DNA of 64,000 nt from Amoebidium appalachense. Lineage: Eukaryota; Protista; Ichthyosporea. Where the stretch lies: contig CAVNZM010000016.1 of the NCBI GenBank assembly GCA_963693365.1, positions 1,969,484 through 2,033,483 of the forward strand, written 5' to 3'. The notes under the pieces are model-generated. The model saw only the letters and a list, made by a program, of their open reading frames with translations. It ran no database searches and was not told the origin of the DNA. The stretch's first letter is position 1. Every line of letters starts with the position of its first letter. Positions 62,908 to 64,000 of the stretch are shown here, one piece after another. The translations under genes and the position numbers were made by a program.

Positions 62908-63773
62908 ATGGAACAAGTAGGCAAGCGCAGCTACAAATGGCTGACCGATCACCTTTTCACTAAGAACACCAAGGACAAATACATGGTCAAGTGCCGCGCT
63001 TGTGTCGCTGACATGCACAGCGACCAGATCCCCTCGCATGTGAAGGTGTGCAGGGAATTAAACCACTGCCAGGACGCCATCCTTGCCCTCGTCGCCGCAG
63101 AGAACGCCGTCGGGCCCGCGCGCGACAAGGTGCGTCCGTTGGTCACGGAGTTCGGGGGGTGCGCAGTGGCTGCACAGTCCGTCGTGCCGGGTCTGCGCCA
63201 GTACCTGCAGCAGCCTGGGCGCAACGTCGTGGGCGCGGCTAAGGCACGGGCGGTGGCGCAGGCGCTCCACGACATGGCAGAGGCGGCTCGGGCGGTTAAG
63301 GACGGGTATGTGGGTTTTTGGTCGGCGGAGGATGCTGTGGAGCGCAACAAGCAAGCGCTGCGCCATCGGATTGCCGAACGTGTCCACCGCCGCCAGGGCG
63401 GGGAGGGGCCCGGCCAGTTCGCCTACGTTCCCCGCCCCCCCCCGGTTCTCCCCGTCCAAACCTCGTCCCCTTTGCGCTCACACCCGGGGAGCTTGCAAGT
63501 GGCAACGTGCTCCGGCAGTGCGAGATATTTCTGTTTGATCGAGTGCAGAGGGATCCGAAGTACCCTCCCGGGAAACGTATCGACTCGGACGATGTGTGGG
63601 GGGCGGAGGAGAGAGACTCTGCTCTTGCGGCATCGATCGATGAGTGGGCGGTGGAGGTTCCCGTTTGGTGGGATGAGGGCAACCACTATTTTGTTCAGGA
63701 CATGGAGATGATTGAGCAGCGCCTGCGGGAGGGGTATGATTGGGTGATGAAGGTTGTTGCGGAGCTTGAGTGA
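62908..63773 (+). CDS. Hypothetical protein with an N-terminal C2HC/BED-like zinc finger; frameshift in the C-run near 63435-63443
   Basis: W..HLF..YMVKCRAC..IPSHVKVC. After the poly-C the protein-like sequence continues in the 63318..63773 frame (NLVPFALTPGEL...DWVMKVVAELE). Confidence 0.6.
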
Positions 63774-63800
63774 GGGCTGAGGGGGGGGGGGGTTGATGGG

Positions 63801-63972
63801 GGTGTTAGCATGAGCTAGATGGGGGTTGGTTTGATGGGATGGTGTTAGCATGAGCTAGATGGGGGTTGGTTTGATGGGATGGTGTTAGCATGAGCTAGAT
63901 GGGGGTTGGTTTGATGGGATGGTGTTAGCATGAGCTAGATGGGGGTTGGTTTGATGGGATGGTGTTAGCATG
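63801..63972 (+). repeat. 40-bp tandem repeat, ~4.3 copies
   Basis: GGTGTTAGCATGAGCTAGATGGGGGTTGGTTTGATGGGAT starts at 63801, 63841, 63881, 63921 and 63961 (partial). Confidence 0.95.
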
Positions 63973-64000
63973 GGAGGGCTTGGAAGTTGTTTGATGTGCT

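Larger units (their letters stand above)
45435..64000. mobile_element. Integrated virus-like or large DNA element; left limit ~44.9-45.4 kb, right end beyond the window
   Basis: Sharp drop in microsatellites, no evident introns, compact ORFs on both strands. Contains SF3/D5-like helicase, PD-(D/E)XK nuclease, Fic, patatin, MYND and C2H2 genes, a large palindrome and repeat arrays at its left end. Confidence 0.75.

Noticed and set aside
45435-64000. Assignment as Polinton/Maverick, virophage, transpoviron or Helitron
   Set aside because: No protein-primed polB, retroviral-type integrase, capsid, SF1 helicase or HUH Rep is recognisable in the window.

Overview
The window has two compartments. 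Positions 1 to about 40.7 kb are eukaryotic host DNA, probably an opisthokont microbe given the fungal-type kinesin-1 motifs. Its short exons sit in introns packed with (CA)n/(GT)n, poly-C/G and (TC)n, which generate nearly all the low-complexity ORFs in the track. Four spliced genes can be reconstructed: kinesin-1 heavy chain (-), UVRAG/Vps38 (+), a coactosin-like ADF-H protein (-) and mitochondrial tRNA 2-thiouridylase MnmA/TRMU (+). An intronless Cys/His-repeat gene follows at 41.1 kb. From about 45.4 kb to the window end the DNA is microsatellite-poor and gene-dense, with no evident introns, and looks like an integrated virus-like or large mobile DNA element. It opens with a perfect 387-bp GC-rich palindrome that has a single unpaired central base. 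It carries an SF3/D5-like helicase, a divergent PD-(D/E)XK nuclease with a paralogous C-terminal winged-helix-like domain, Fic, patatin, MYND and C2H2 zinc-finger genes, and coiled-coil orphans. It also has TATA/CCAAT Pol II-type promoters, three inverted-repeat modules with 64-73-bp spacers, inverted 92-bp repeat arrays and a 1.1-kb CCCTAA-containing minisatellite. No capsid, DNA polymerase, integrase or transposase is visible, so the element cannot be classified from this window.
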